Shown: positions 27,727 through 38,367 of the stretch, one piece after another
Numbering within the stretch: the first letter of the stretch is position 1
Layout: every line of letters begins with the position of its first letter
Assembly: GCA_965222225.1 (NCBI GenBank)
Contig: CBDCTK010000002.1
Span: forward strand, 1,344,001 to 1,408,000
Direction of reading: 5' to 3'
Length of the DNA stretch: 64,000 bases
From: Candidatus Poribacteria bacterium
GTDB taxonomy: Bacteria; Poribacteria; WGA-4E; JAJDTR01
Program-made: the position numbers and the translations under genes
The notes under the pieces: generated by a model
The model's input: only the letters and a program-made list of their open reading frames with translations
Databases searched by the model: none
Told to the model about the DNA's origin: nothing

Positions 27727-28809
27727 ATGTCTACAGCAACAAGCACAATCCTCGGCCTCGTGTTTCTAGGTCTCGGAAATGCCTCCGTTTTCTTGATGTA
27801 TAAACTGTGGGGATATCCATTTGATCATGAAACCCGCACAAGTTCCGCACCTCCATCACTCATATTTATACATCGTATGATTGGCTACGCTTACGCAATA
27901 CTCTATGTGTTCATGATGTGGCACATGGTGCCCCGCTTGTGGAACTATCAAATTGAACTGCCACCGCGCACGGTTGCTCATTTAATGCTAGGCATCACGA
28001 TTGGTGTGCTGCTTCTTGTCAAAATTTCTATCCTTCGCTTCTTCAGGCACTTTGAGGAAGCCATGCCGTATCTCGGAACCGCGCTTTTATTGTGTACTTA
28101 TCTCCTGATCGGCCTCTCTGCTCCCTTCAGTCTACGGGAAAAGGCACTCCAAACCAGTGCGAAAGTCTTTAGCGAAGCCGGGATGCAAAGGACGCGTACG
28201 CTTCTGAATAACGCTGGCTTACCGCCTGAGGCGCCGCTTGACCAACTCGCGTCCAAACGAAAACTTCGCGAAGGTCGGAAAACTCTTCTGAATAAATGTG
28301 TTCAGTGCCACGACCTGCGCACAATCTTGGTGCGTCCGCGCACCCCATCAAATTGGGTACGGTTAGTTAATCGAATGACGATAAAACCGGTGATTGGAGA
28401 ACCAATCGGGGAGAAGGAATCATGGGCAGTATCGGCATACTTGATTGCGATTACGCATGATTTGCAAATCTCTGTGAAGGAACAGAGGAAACAGGAGATT
28501 CAGACGGACATGGCGCAGGTGGCATTTCAGGCGGCCTCAATTTCGTCTCCCGATGCCATACAAGACCCTGACAGCGTGGTTATCCAAGATCCGGACGACG
28601 AGAGTTATGACTCGGCAGAGGCAAAGCTACTCTTTGAGGATACATGCTCCCAATGCCACCCCGTCGCGGATCTTGACAACGCACCCCCGACCACGGAGGC
28701 GGAAACCGGGGAACTGATATCGCGGATGATTGAAAATGGCCTCTTTATTCTGGAGGAGGATATCGAGATTATTGCCCGCTACCTCAACGAAACCTACGTA
28801 AATCAGTGA
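27727..28809 (+). CDS. Membrane-bound diheme cytochrome c (about four N-terminal TM helices with His residues)
   Basis: Hydrophobic N-terminus (HRMIGY, AHLMLG); CVQCH and CSQCH, each followed by R-M motifs. Confidence 0.8.
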   Translation: MSTATSTILGLVFLGLGNASVFLMYKLWGYPFDHETRTSSAPPSLIFIHRMIGYAYAILYVFMMWHMVPRLWNYQIELPPRTVAHLMLGITIGVLLLVKISILRFFRHFEEAMPYLGTALLLCTYLLIGLSAPFSLREKALQTSAKVFSEAGMQRTRTLLNNAGLPPEAPLDQLASKRKLREGRKTLLNKCVQCHDLRTILVRPRTPSNWVRLVNRMTIKPVIGEPIGEKESWAVSAYLIAITHDLQISVKEQRKQEIQTDMAQVAFQAASISSPDAIQDPDSVVIQDPDDESYDSAEAKLLFEDTCSQCHPVADLDNAPPTTEAETGELISRMIENGLFILEEDIEIIARYLNETYVNQ

Positions 28810-28987
28810 ATCACGACTCCGCACTTTGGATTCTGGCAACTGAAAGCGGAATCTTCTTGCTCAATCTGAAACTCCACCTCGTGTCAAACACCACCGAAGC
28901 CAGACTTGTTACTGAATTTGGCAATGCATCGGGAACAACACTGCCACGTTTTGGGAAAGTTTTCTCCGCGCCAACCTACCGTTTGCC

Positions 28988-29860
28988 ATGACTCCATATC
29001 AGAAGGTTCACGAATACCTGAGACGTACTGGAAGGCGCCCCAAAAAGCGCCTCAGCCAAAATTTCCTAATTAATCCAAACGCTCTGCCGGTAATCTTAGA
29101 AGCTATACAGATAGAGGATGCCGACCTTGTCCTTGAAATTGGCGCAGGACTCGGATTTCTTACCAAGGCATTGGGAGACAAAGCAAAAACGGTGGTGAGT
29201 GTTGAGGTTGATGCCGATTTATGCACAGAGTTACAACGCGAGTTTATCGACTATCCTCAGATTCGTCTTGTTCAGGCGGATATTCTCAAGTTGAACCTCT
29301 TCCCGATTCTCAGTGGTATCCCTCGCCTCAACGCCAAAGTTGTTGGAAACCTTCCGTATCATATTACCACGCCAATTCTCTGGAAGTTACTGGGACACTA
29401 CAAATTAATCGGCAGTTGTGTGCTAATGATGCAGGCAGAGGTCGCCCAACGCATAGTTGCATTGCCGGGCAGAAAAGATTACGGTGCCCTTTCCGTCGCA
29501 GTTTCTTACTACGCTAGATCCGAGATACTTCGGTCATTCTCATCAAATCAGTTTTACCCCGTCCCCGGCGTGGATTCCGCATTGGTCAGACTAAGAATTG
29601 AAGAAACACCAAGGGTCGAAGTCGGGAACGAAGCACTGTTTTTCCGTCTTCTGCGTGCTGCATTCCAATATCGGCGCAAGACGTTACGGAATGCGATGCT
29701 GATAGGTGGGTTGCCAGTACCGGACAAAGTGCTTGATGAAATCTTCGAAGAACTCGGCATGGACGCACGTCGCCGCGGCGAGACATTAGACATTCGGGAG
29801 TTTGCATCTCTTGCAAACTCTATGGGCCACAGAATTGATAGAACACTAATGCCGCACTGA
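28988..29860 (+). CDS. rsmA: 16S rRNA dimethyladenosine transferase
   Basis: KKRLSQNFL, LEIGAGLGFLT, VGNLPYHITTPI, AFQYRRKTLRN. Confidence 0.95.
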   Translation: MTPYQKVHEYLRRTGRRPKKRLSQNFLINPNALPVILEAIQIEDADLVLEIGAGLGFLTKALGDKAKTVVSVEVDADLCTELQREFIDYPQIRLVQADILKLNLFPILSGIPRLNAKVVGNLPYHITTPILWKLLGHYKLIGSCVLMMQAEVAQRIVALPGRKDYGALSVAVSYYARSEILRSFSSNQFYPVPGVDSALVRLRIEETPRVEVGNEALFFRLLRAAFQYRRKTLRNAMLIGGLPVPDKVLDEIFEELGMDARRRGETLDIREFASLANSMGHRIDRTLMPH

Positions 29861-30056
29861 ACTAAATCCACGGGCATCTTCGCAAAAAGAGTTGACCAAC
29901 CCAACCCCCATTATGTAGAATAGGGCACGCGGTATGCTAGATGGTACGACTTTTGACAGAAGCGCCTTCTTTAAGTGTAAGAGAGATAACGGTTCGATTA
30001 TGACAATCCTCAGAACAACGTCGATTTGAAGAACCGCTCAGATATAGGAAAATCTC

Positions 30057-30705
30057 ATGCTCAATTCCGATGAAGTTCAACAGTTTGAAAGAGATAGATT
30101 TTTTGTCAATCGGCGTCTGCTTGATGGGGAGTTGTTAAATCGTATGCGTGATGCATTCGATCAGCTAGATGGCTACCACAATCTGCTCGATCGAGATATG
30201 AATTTTTTGGGGCTTGCCGCAATGCCGACACTATTGGATCCAATAACCGCACCCGCACCTGCTGCAGTTCGATGGTGTTAATCGAACTCCTGGTAGTGGA
30301 GACCAGCGGTGGCATTCGGATTTCAAGTTTCGCTGTAATAAACCCTTGATGCTCAATGTCGGCATTTACCTTGATGAGTTAATCATGGACAACGGGCCGA
30401 TTTGGATCGCACCCGGACCCGACGTAGATGGTATCCCGCTCAATCTTCCCGAAGGTTCGGCGGTCATTTTTGATTGTACCCTCGCCCACAAAGGCGGCGG
30501 CAATAGATTGGACAGTCCGCGCAGAGCAATTTTCCCAATCTACGGATATTACGGGATGAAGCGCTTTGAAACATGGATGCCCATGCGACACTTCAGCGAT
30601 TTCCTGATGCGTCGCCTGAGATGCAGCAACTTCTCGGGATTCAGCTCCATTCCCCAAGCGACTACAGTGGGCACTACGAAACGCGTATTATGCGAAAGAA
30701 CTTAA
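30057..30705 (+). pseudogene. Degraded phytanoyl-CoA dioxygenase (PhyH) family gene
   Basis: N-terminus MLNSDEVQQFERD; frameshift near 30250 into ...QRWHSDF...GIYLDEL..DNGP...HKGGGN..DSPRRAI; apparent internal deletion. Confidence 0.7.
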
Positions 30706-30814
30706 GCGGCGAGTGGGAATAAGTGAACCGGATTACGAATCTTGGAGTTCAAAGGTTTTGGCACAGATGGGCACGGATATCAGATACGCATTTTGTGACG
30801 AGGAGTTTGTGTGA

Positions 30815-32830
30815 ATGAAGAAAGTGTGCATGATCCTGCTTACCCTGTTGTGCTCAAGTATTCTCCTCAGCGTCAATTCGGCCTTTGCAGTGAGTTTCTT
30901 GAAACTCGAACGTGAATTTTCCGGCAAGGGCTCAACAGAGGGAACTTTTAGTGCGAATATTCACGTCGCGTTTAACGCCGAAGGACAGATTTATGTGAGT
31001 GATGCCGACAACCGATTGATACAAAAACTTTCACCTAGCGGTGAATTCCTCATGCAGATTCCCGAGGAACCGCAAGCGGTAGACAATAAGTTGAAGAAGC
31101 CGGGTGACATCGCGATTGATGGAAATGGAAATATCTATGTAGCAGAGACCGCCGCACATCACATTGCTGAAACTGACGACCCAAAGATATATATGTTTGC
31201 GCCGTGTGTCCACAAATTCGACCCGAGTGGAGAATTAATTCACACCTATTTTGTCGATCCGGTCAATGTGCGTCCAAAGCAGGTATTGGTCGCCAGCTTA
31301 ATCGTCGACGAAGAAGGGAAAACGGCGTTTGGCATCAAGCCAGAAGGGCACAATCGAGCACTTCTCATTGCCGTGAATAGTCAGAACCAACTCTTTGTGC
31401 TTGATGCGAAAAGAGGACGAGTTTATAAGTTTAACGCTGCCGGGGAAAAATTGCATGTCTTCGGGCGATACGGCGCGGGAAATGGTGAATTTGATCGTAA
31501 CGCTTCCGACATTGCCGTTGACATACTTGATAACGTATTGATTGCAGATACCGGCAACCATCGCGTGGTCAAGTTCGATTCGGAGGGGCAGTTCATCCTG
31601 AATTTCGGCGTGAAGGGGCGCAACGACGGTCAATTCACGAAGCCCATCGCAATTGCTCCCTTGGTAACGGGCGAAATTCTCGTCAAGGATTCCAGCCAAT
31701 TCAAGCGACATTTGGGTGAATTGCCAAGCGGCGGCGTTTTGAGTCTTATTCCACCAATCGCCGCAGGAATACAAGATACGGTCATTCATTCTGGGAGATC
31801 TCGCTCCGCGCTACTCGGTCAAGGTGTCACGGAACAGTCCAATTTCGATGCCTTGAATCGCCGCATCCGTCTACTGGAAGAGGCAGAGTATAGACGCTAT
31901 TATACCGAATATTTTGACGATAACGAAGGAGGGGATAAGGACGAAAACAAGAAAGAAGAAGATGAGGATTTGAAAGCGGCAACGATTCGAGCCACCATTT
32001 ATCACAACGTGATTATGCGCGTACAGAGATTTGATGGCAACGGAAATTATCTCGGGCGAACAATATATCAAATCGATAAGCAGAATGAAAAAAATCAGGA
32101 CATCGACTTTCTTGCACTGGATATACTTGGAAATATCTACCTGCGAGATGGTAGCGATTTCGTCATTCGTCAATATTCGGTGGAAGGGTTTAGCCTAAAA
32201 CCATCTCAGATGGACGGGCTATACAACGCACAGGCATCCAATGTTGATAATAGGTTTTCGGAGGACTATGAAGATATTGACCCGAATGCTGATATCCAAG
32301 ACGATATTACACAATTGGAGTTGAGCAACGCTTTTCTCTGGAATTACAATCTATCAGAGCGTTGGAGTTTGATGTTCGCCGACACGCTTTCCTACAGTGA
32401 ACTAGACGAGCGATACATCACGCCGCCAAAAGCGGAAGATAGCTATGACCTTCAGACAAAGTCGCTGACGAATACTCTCGCAGCCAACCTTAAGTTTATT
32501 ACCGATCCAAACCCATATCGCTATAAAGAATTGAATATCTACCTGGAACGAATTGATGGAACGTCAAATCTCGATCAAGCAGCAATTTTCCAAGAGGTCA
32601 ACAAACAACGTCAGGACAGCGAAGGTGATGCCAGCGCTGTCTCGGTAGGATTGAATTGGGACATACTGTCTAGAGCAAATCTCTGGATGGAATATGCAAA
32701 CTTTAACCCCGCGGATACTAGCCGTAATTTCGTTCGCCGCTATTTCGATGTGTCGGGAGATCTCTACCAAGTATTTGGAAGTCGTAATGAAATGAAGAAG
32801 CTTGCCGGTGAGTTGACTATCAAATTTTGA
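30815..32830 (+). CDS. Secreted NHL-repeat protein with probable C-terminal beta-barrel
   Basis: Repeated PGDIAIDGNGNIYVA / IADTGNHRVVKFD / GRNDGQFTKP; amphipathic strands ending in terminal Phe. Confidence 0.8.
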   Translation: MKKVCMILLTLLCSSILLSVNSAFAVSFLKLEREFSGKGSTEGTFSANIHVAFNAEGQIYVSDADNRLIQKLSPSGEFLMQIPEEPQAVDNKLKKPGDIAIDGNGNIYVAETAAHHIAETDDPKIYMFAPCVHKFDPSGELIHTYFVDPVNVRPKQVLVASLIVDEEGKTAFGIKPEGHNRALLIAVNSQNQLFVLDAKRGRVYKFNAAGEKLHVFGRYGAGNGEFDRNASDIAVDILDNVLIADTGNHRVVKFDSEGQFILNFGVKGRNDGQFTKPIAIAPLVTGEILVKDSSQFKRHLGELPSGGVLSLIPPIAAGIQDTVIHSGRSRSALLGQGVTEQSNFDALNRRIRLLEEAEYRRYYTEYFDDNEGGDKDENKKEEDEDLKAATIRATIYHNVIMRVQRFDGNGNYLGRTIYQIDKQNEKNQDIDFLALDILGNIYLRDGSDFVIRQYSVEGFSLKPSQMDGLYNAQASNVDNRFSEDYEDIDPNADIQDDITQLELSNAFLWNYNLSERWSLMFADTLSYSELDERYITPPKAEDSYDLQTKSLTNTLAANLKFITDPNPYRYKELNIYLERIDGTSNLDQAAIFQEVNKQRQDSEGDASAVSVGLNWDILSRANLWMEYANFNPADTSRNFVRRYFDVSGDLYQVFGSRNEMKKLAGELTIKF

Positions 32831-32933
32831 GTCCGACCCAAATCAACGTGTCTCGCAACCCAATTCAAAGTCTGAATTCAGTTGCTAGCAGTCACGATGG
32901 CAAGACCAACAAAATACCCTACCCGCACCTGAA

Positions 32934-33803
32934 ATGGTTACGGAAAGGACGATGGATAATACGGTACATAAGGATTATCAATATATCGCTGTGGAGCCGA
33001 TTTCAGGTGCCCTCGGCGCGGAAATAAGGGGCCCCAATCTTTCGAAGCCACTAAAACCTGAGGTAACTGCAGAGATTCGTGGCGCACTCCTCAATCATCT
33101 CGTAATCTTCTTCCCGAACCAAGAACTCACTCCCCAAGAGCAACTTACCTTCGCCCAGCACTTTGGATCACCAATAGAATACCCGCAATTGAAAGGTTTA
33201 TCAGAGTGTCCGTTGGTCACGGCTGTAACCAAATTGGAGCATGAGCGTGCAAATTTTGGTGGAGTTTGGCATTCGGACACCACGTACTTGGAATACCCGC
33301 CCGCCGCAAGTATGCTTTATGCGGTTGAGATTCCACCCTACGGTGGTGACACGCTGTTCGCTAATCAGTACCTTGCCTACGAAACCCTTTCGGACGGTCT
33401 CAAAGAAACACTTGATGGTCTTGTCGCAGTAAATGTTTCCACGAAACCTGAGGTGTCTAAGACACGGGAGCACCGCTTGCGTGAAGCAGGCGACAAGTTG
33501 AAGGCGCTTGTAGGTAGGCATCCGGTTGTACGTACACACCCGGAGACCGGTCGGAAAGCCCTATATGTCAATAATGCGCACACACTAAAATTTGAAGGAT
33601 GGACCGAAGGGGAGAGTCTACCTATGCTAAACTATCTCTTCAACCACCAAGTGAAGCCAGAATTTACCTGTCGTTTTCGCTGGAGCGAAGGCTGCCTTGC
33701 CTTCTGGGACAACCGTTGCACCCAACATAATCCGGTCAACGACTATCAAGGTCATCGCAGGGTGATGCATCGTGTCACATTGACGGGAGATAAACCCTGT
33801 TGA
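32934..33803 (+). CDS. TauD/TfdA family Fe(II)/2OG dioxygenase
   Basis: WHSDTT, GGDTLFA, HPVVRTHPETGRKALYVN, WDNRCTQH, RVMHR. Confidence 0.92.
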   Translation: MVTERTMDNTVHKDYQYIAVEPISGALGAEIRGPNLSKPLKPEVTAEIRGALLNHLVIFFPNQELTPQEQLTFAQHFGSPIEYPQLKGLSECPLVTAVTKLEHERANFGGVWHSDTTYLEYPPAASMLYAVEIPPYGGDTLFANQYLAYETLSDGLKETLDGLVAVNVSTKPEVSKTREHRLREAGDKLKALVGRHPVVRTHPETGRKALYVNNAHTLKFEGWTEGESLPMLNYLFNHQVKPEFTCRFRWSEGCLAFWDNRCTQHNPVNDYQGHRRVMHRVTLTGDKPC

Positions 33804-34269
33804 GCCACAGATCCGGAAATTGAAAGAGGAATAGGTTTCTCCTCAGTCTAGATTGAGAAATTCGGAATGCCTGTTGGTTCAGGTGTAACGTTTCCTAATT
33901 CCCCATCAACACACTGTGCCCACCACCTTGACTTCCAGTATACGCTTAGCTCAGTACCACATTGTCGGTCATGGCTATGGCTTTGGTGTGGTAGAGTTGT
34001 TCCTTCGCCAACAACTCTTTTGTCTCAGGCGATAAGCGGTCCATTACGCTGGCTGGCAGATTGATGTCCCCGTCACTCACGTAAGCCAACAGATACTGAG
34101 TGGAGTATCGCAGGATTAGGAAGCGACGCATACGGTCCTTTGCCTTCCATCTAAATCCAAGCCTTGACCGATGAGGCCGTTAATCTGCAGGAACAGTACG
34201 GCGTGAAACCATCTCGTTGACTAATACACTTTTTTCAGAAACTCGGTGTCTATCAAGTAGGAGCCAAAA

Positions 34270-35895
34270 ATGGCGAGATTAGCCTTAGGACTAGACTCTA
34301 GTACGCAGAGCCTGTCATCAATTATCGTAGACATTGATGCCGCTGAGAAGCTTTTCGAACATTCACTAGATTATCGAAAGGATAATAGGATAAACGACTT
34401 TGGAATTGGACTTGACTACATTATCCCACCACGCGTAGAGGGTGAGGCAGACCAGCCTCCTGAGATAATTTTTGCATCCTTGGATGCCATGTTTGATGAT
34501 TTCCAAACTGCAGGAGTCGCTGTCGAGGAAATTGTCCTTATTAACAACTCTGGTCAGCAACATGGGCATGTGTATTTGAACAATCGGGCTGAAAGCCGCT
34601 TTGCGCAGCTAAGGGAAGGAGGCCGTGGAGAATTATCCCTCGTAAGACTACTTAGCGGGAGTTTCTCGTACCTAACAGCGCCTATCTGGATGACATCCAA
34701 TACCGTAAATCAGGCAGACTGCGTGCGTGAAGGCGTTGGGGGAAAGGACAAGATGATTCGCCTTTCCGGCTCGGACGCGCCGTTACGGTTCACGGGAGCA
34801 GTTATGAGACGGGTCGCCGAACAGTTTCCTGACGCTTATCGGGCAACGGAAAACATCCAATTGATAAGCAGCCTTATTCCTTCGATTCTGACGGGGAGTT
34901 CCAAAGCGCCTATTGATTACGGCAACGCCTGCGGCATGTCCCTCATGGACTATCAAAAGAGGAATTGGGCACCTGAGTTGCTTAAGGCAACATCTGAGGG
35001 ATTACCGGGCGGCGACGAAGCGCTGGCAAGGAAATTACCCGACTTGGTACCTCCTGACACAGTGGTAGGAAATATTGGAGCGTATTTTGTAGAAAAATAC
35101 GGATTTTGTCCGGAATGCAAGGTGATTGCTGGTTCCGGAGATAATCCTCAAGCGAAAACGCTGATGGCAGGAGACCTACTCAGTTTGGGAACTAGCTTCG
35201 TCAACATGGTGTCGACTGATGGCGACGTGCACGATATGAATGGAATGGCAAATGCGATGTACGATGGCGTCGGAAGACCGTTTATGTTTGGCTGTAGGAC
35301 GAATGGCGCGATGGTGTGGGACCAGGTTAGGGCGCTTTACGGCTTGGGAAAAGGGGATTACGAGCTGGGAGAAGCGGCTTTGAACAAGGTCACACCCGGA
35401 TCCTCCATGACCTTCTGGCAGCCAAAACACGAGTCGTTTCCTCCTTCTGGTAGCTTCGACCTAATCCGAGTTGGCTCCCATGCGGATATGCGGTTGGGAT
35501 TAGACTATTCTGGAGTCATTGAGACAAGTTTGGCTGCAGTGTACGTGCATTCGGAACGATTTACTAGAACAGGCAATGTACCCCTGTACGTCACCGGCGG
35601 TGCGACAGACAGCCCAGAAATTATGAGGCGTGTTGCAGCCATCTGGAATCGTGAGATTATTCCAATTGAAAAGGGGGGACCAGCTTTGGGAGCCGCAGTC
35701 GCGGGAGTACAGACATACTACAATTCTCGAAATGAACCGTTTGCCCTTGAGGATTTTAGCCAATCAATCTTAAGAAGAAGGGCGCCAATCACACCACGAC
35801 CGGAGGATGTTGCGATATACCATCCGCCCGGCAAATACCTTGGACAGTTTAGAGTGGAGGAAGCCAAGATTGTTGCCGAACATCCAATCAGCTAG
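34270..35895 (+). CDS. FGGY-family carbohydrate kinase, xylulokinase-like (XYLB/Xks1-type motifs)
   Basis: LGLDSSTQS, SGQQHG, RFTG, GDNP, SLGTS, VTGGA. Confidence 0.8.
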   Translation: MARLALGLDSSTQSLSSIIVDIDAAEKLFEHSLDYRKDNRINDFGIGLDYIIPPRVEGEADQPPEIIFASLDAMFDDFQTAGVAVEEIVLINNSGQQHGHVYLNNRAESRFAQLREGGRGELSLVRLLSGSFSYLTAPIWMTSNTVNQADCVREGVGGKDKMIRLSGSDAPLRFTGAVMRRVAEQFPDAYRATENIQLISSLIPSILTGSSKAPIDYGNACGMSLMDYQKRNWAPELLKATSEGLPGGDEALARKLPDLVPPDTVVGNIGAYFVEKYGFCPECKVIAGSGDNPQAKTLMAGDLLSLGTSFVNMVSTDGDVHDMNGMANAMYDGVGRPFMFGCRTNGAMVWDQVRALYGLGKGDYELGEAALNKVTPGSSMTFWQPKHESFPPSGSFDLIRVGSHADMRLGLDYSGVIETSLAAVYVHSERFTRTGNVPLYVTGGATDSPEIMRRVAAIWNREIIPIEKGGPALGAAVAGVQTYYNSRNEPFALEDFSQSILRRRAPITPRPEDVAIYHPPGKYLGQFRVEEAKIVAEHPIS

Positions 35896-36120
35896 GTTCC
35901 TGCGAAGAGTAAAGTTTAAAGAGTTCTCTCAGTCGCAGCGTCGGTCAACAGCCATGTAAAGAGACCAAGGGAGTCAATAAACTCGGTTCTTCCCCTAATT
36001 TCCGCAACCTGACAGTTAGTGCTTGCCGGACTGGTAAATAATCAACTGCCCGATGTTGGCAAAATAGTCGCGATTTTCGCTCTATTCGCATCTACGGAAT
36101 CGTCCTACTTGATTATGTAT

Positions 36121-36149
36121 TTGACAGATTCTCGCTAACCTGATAATGT
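36121..36149 (+). promoter_or_regulatory. Sigma70-type promoter, probably native to the 37562 cytochrome gene
   Basis: TTGACA-17 nt-TAATGT; TTTGACA...TGTCAAA inverted repeat spans it. Confidence 0.5.
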
Positions 36150-36261
36150 TTATAAGTGTCAAACAGTCTACAGGAATTCCTACGTTCTATGCGGAAGATT
36201 TATAGTCTGCGTTTCTGATGTCAGAATCGTTCGTCGGAACCGCCTCAAGGATTTAGTCAAA

Positions 36262-37510
36262 CGGAATTAGTAGCTTGTAGCTTTTAGACTGACGACAAAC
36301 ATAAAACTTGGTACCCTGTCGTAAATCTTTTCGTCACACGTAGATGTCCATAGTGACTATTCTTCTCGTAGGAGTTTGCTATGGACATTTTGAATCTTAT
36401 GAAAGAGTTTCCAAATCAAGAATCTTGTCTCAGATTTATAGAGGAAAAACGTTGGAAGGACGGTGTTTGCTGTATCCACTGTGGCAGTGAAAAAGTTGGA
36501 CGCAAGAACAAAAACGACATTACTACTGGTTGGAATTGCTACGATTGTGAATCTAGCTTTTCGGCTACAGCAGGAACCATCTTCCATGGTACCAAGATAC
36601 CTCTCCAGAAATGGTTTTTGGCTATCTCAATTCTTTCCAATGCCAAGAAAAGCATATCGAGTTGTCAGCTTGCTCGTGACTTGGACATGAATCAAAAGTC
36701 CGCTTGGTATATGGCAATGCGCCTCCGTGAGAAAATGAGTGATAGTGATGAATTGCTGAAAGGGATAGTTGAAGCGGACGAAACCTATGTCGGCGGCAAA
36801 CCCAGAGCAAAATCTAAGAGAGGTAGAGGCACAAATAAATCTCCCGTCATCGGCGTAGTCGAGAGAGGCGGTCGGGTGGTTGCTAAATTCATGAAGGTTC
36901 TATCTGGTGAAAATATCAGAGAATTCATCCTTAGCAATGTCTCACCCGATGAGTCTATTCTTATGACTGATGAATTTCGCTCTTACAATAGTCTGGACGA
37001 AGATATCGAAAGACATGTTATCCATCACCAAGAGAGATATGTTTCTGAGGACGGCGTAACTCACACCAACACCATCGAGTCGTTTTGGGCTTGTGTCAAG
37101 AGGTCATTCTACGGAACGCATCATCACTACAGCAAGAAGTGGCTGCCACTGTATATCATGGAGTCTTGCTGGAAATATAATCGCAGAAAAGATGATGAGA
37201 TTTTCATAAGATTTTTTGATGAATGCTTCACCTGAGCCACATGAATTGTTTGGCTATCGGTATATTCTGTCAACGACAACATCATGGTGTGCTGAAAATC
37301 CCATAGTGTTGGAAATTAAAATCCCGCAGATAACCCGCAATGCTCCCGCGAGCATGTACAAACGCTTGGTCAACATGATATGCCTCCATTTCTCTCTTAT
37401 AGAGATGTATTTTAGTGTGAATCAAGATTCCGAACACTGTCTAAAATGATTGTACATTAAGAAGAGAAAAGCAAGCAAATCGACCAAAAAGCAGTTAACT
37501 ACTAAGTCCC
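36262..37510 (+). mobile_element. IS1595-family insertion sequence, copy 2 (1249 bp)
   Basis: Same termini as copy 1; TSD TAGTCAAA at 36254-36261 and 37511-37518. Confidence 0.95.
36381..37235 (+). CDS. IS1595-family transposase
   Basis: Protein identical to copy 1. Confidence 0.95.
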   Translation: MDILNLMKEFPNQESCLRFIEEKRWKDGVCCIHCGSEKVGRKNKNDITTGWNCYDCESSFSATAGTIFHGTKIPLQKWFLAISILSNAKKSISSCQLARDLDMNQKSAWYMAMRLREKMSDSDELLKGIVEADETYVGGKPRAKSKRGRGTNKSPVIGVVERGGRVVAKFMKVLSGENIREFILSNVSPDESILMTDEFRSYNSLDEDIERHVIHHQERYVSEDGVTHTNTIESFWACVKRSFYGTHHHYSKKWLPLYIMESCWKYNRRKDDEIFIRFFDECFT

Positions 37511-37561
37511 TAGTCAAATACTAATATTATTTGTTTTCACACCTATTGAAAGGAGAGTTTT

Positions 37562-38341
37562 GTGCACACTACCAGCTTTCGACTAGGTTCGACCTTGATA
37601 GTTTCATGCCTCATTTTTCTGTTCGCTCTGCTAGCTCATGCTGAAATATCTAAACAAGTTCAGCTTGGTCGTGAACTGTTTTACGATCCGTCTTTCGGAG
37701 GCACGCTCGATCCCAAAAAGATTAGTGGACTTGCTTGTGCAAATTGCCACGCAGATTTCGACGAAGATGCCAATCCCGATGGCAAAATTCGGGCAGGTCA
37801 CAGTATCATCGGTGTGCCCCACCGCGGCGAAGCAAAAGGCGGGATGATTAAAGCTGACACATTCAGACGTGCAGCCGGTGGTGGCGGGTTCTGCTATCAG
37901 CATTTTTTACAGCGTGTGCCAGCCGACAAAGTCAATCCTATTGCTATCCCGGAGGAGCAAGCGGAAGCGTTGATGGCTTACTTTGAACATGTGTCCGGCG
38001 AGAACAAGGGCCCACAGTTTGAACTCCAAAAACTCGACAAGGAAGCAGCGCACGCAGCGGCAGAACAAATCGTTGCGATGAAGGGAGATGCGAAAAAGGG
38101 GTGGAAGTTGTATAGCCGAGCCTGTAATGATTGTCACCCAACCGCGCGGAAAGCTGGAATTGGATCGCAGTTAATCCGTCGCAAGCCACCTTCAAACGTG
38201 CCAAAGACGTTACACAAATATGCAGCCAAGATTCGCGGTGGGGGATTCATCATGCCATTTTACTCGGAAGATCGGCTGTCTAATCAGGATATTGCCGATA
38301 TTATTTCGTTTCTTAACCAAGAAATGACCGCCGGTAGATAA
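37562..38341 (+). CDS. Periplasmic diheme cytochrome c with TsdA/SoxA-like layout
   Basis: AAGGAG RBS, signal peptide, CANCH, lone Cys (GFCYQH), ALMAYF, GDAKKGWKLY..CNDCH, IMPF. Confidence 0.8.
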   Translation: MHTTSFRLGSTLIVSCLIFLFALLAHAEISKQVQLGRELFYDPSFGGTLDPKKISGLACANCHADFDEDANPDGKIRAGHSIIGVPHRGEAKGGMIKADTFRRAAGGGGFCYQHFLQRVPADKVNPIAIPEEQAEALMAYFEHVSGENKGPQFELQKLDKEAAHAAAEQIVAMKGDAKKGWKLYSRACNDCHPTARKAGIGSQLIRRKPPSNVPKTLHKYAAKIRGGGFIMPFYSEDRLSNQDIADIISFLNQEMTAGR

Positions 38342-38367
38342 CATCGGTTTTCACAAAGAATCGAGCT

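Noticed and set aside
33946-34131. 61-aa minus-strand ORF
   Set aside because: It may be a gene remnant, but I could not assign a family or a start signal.
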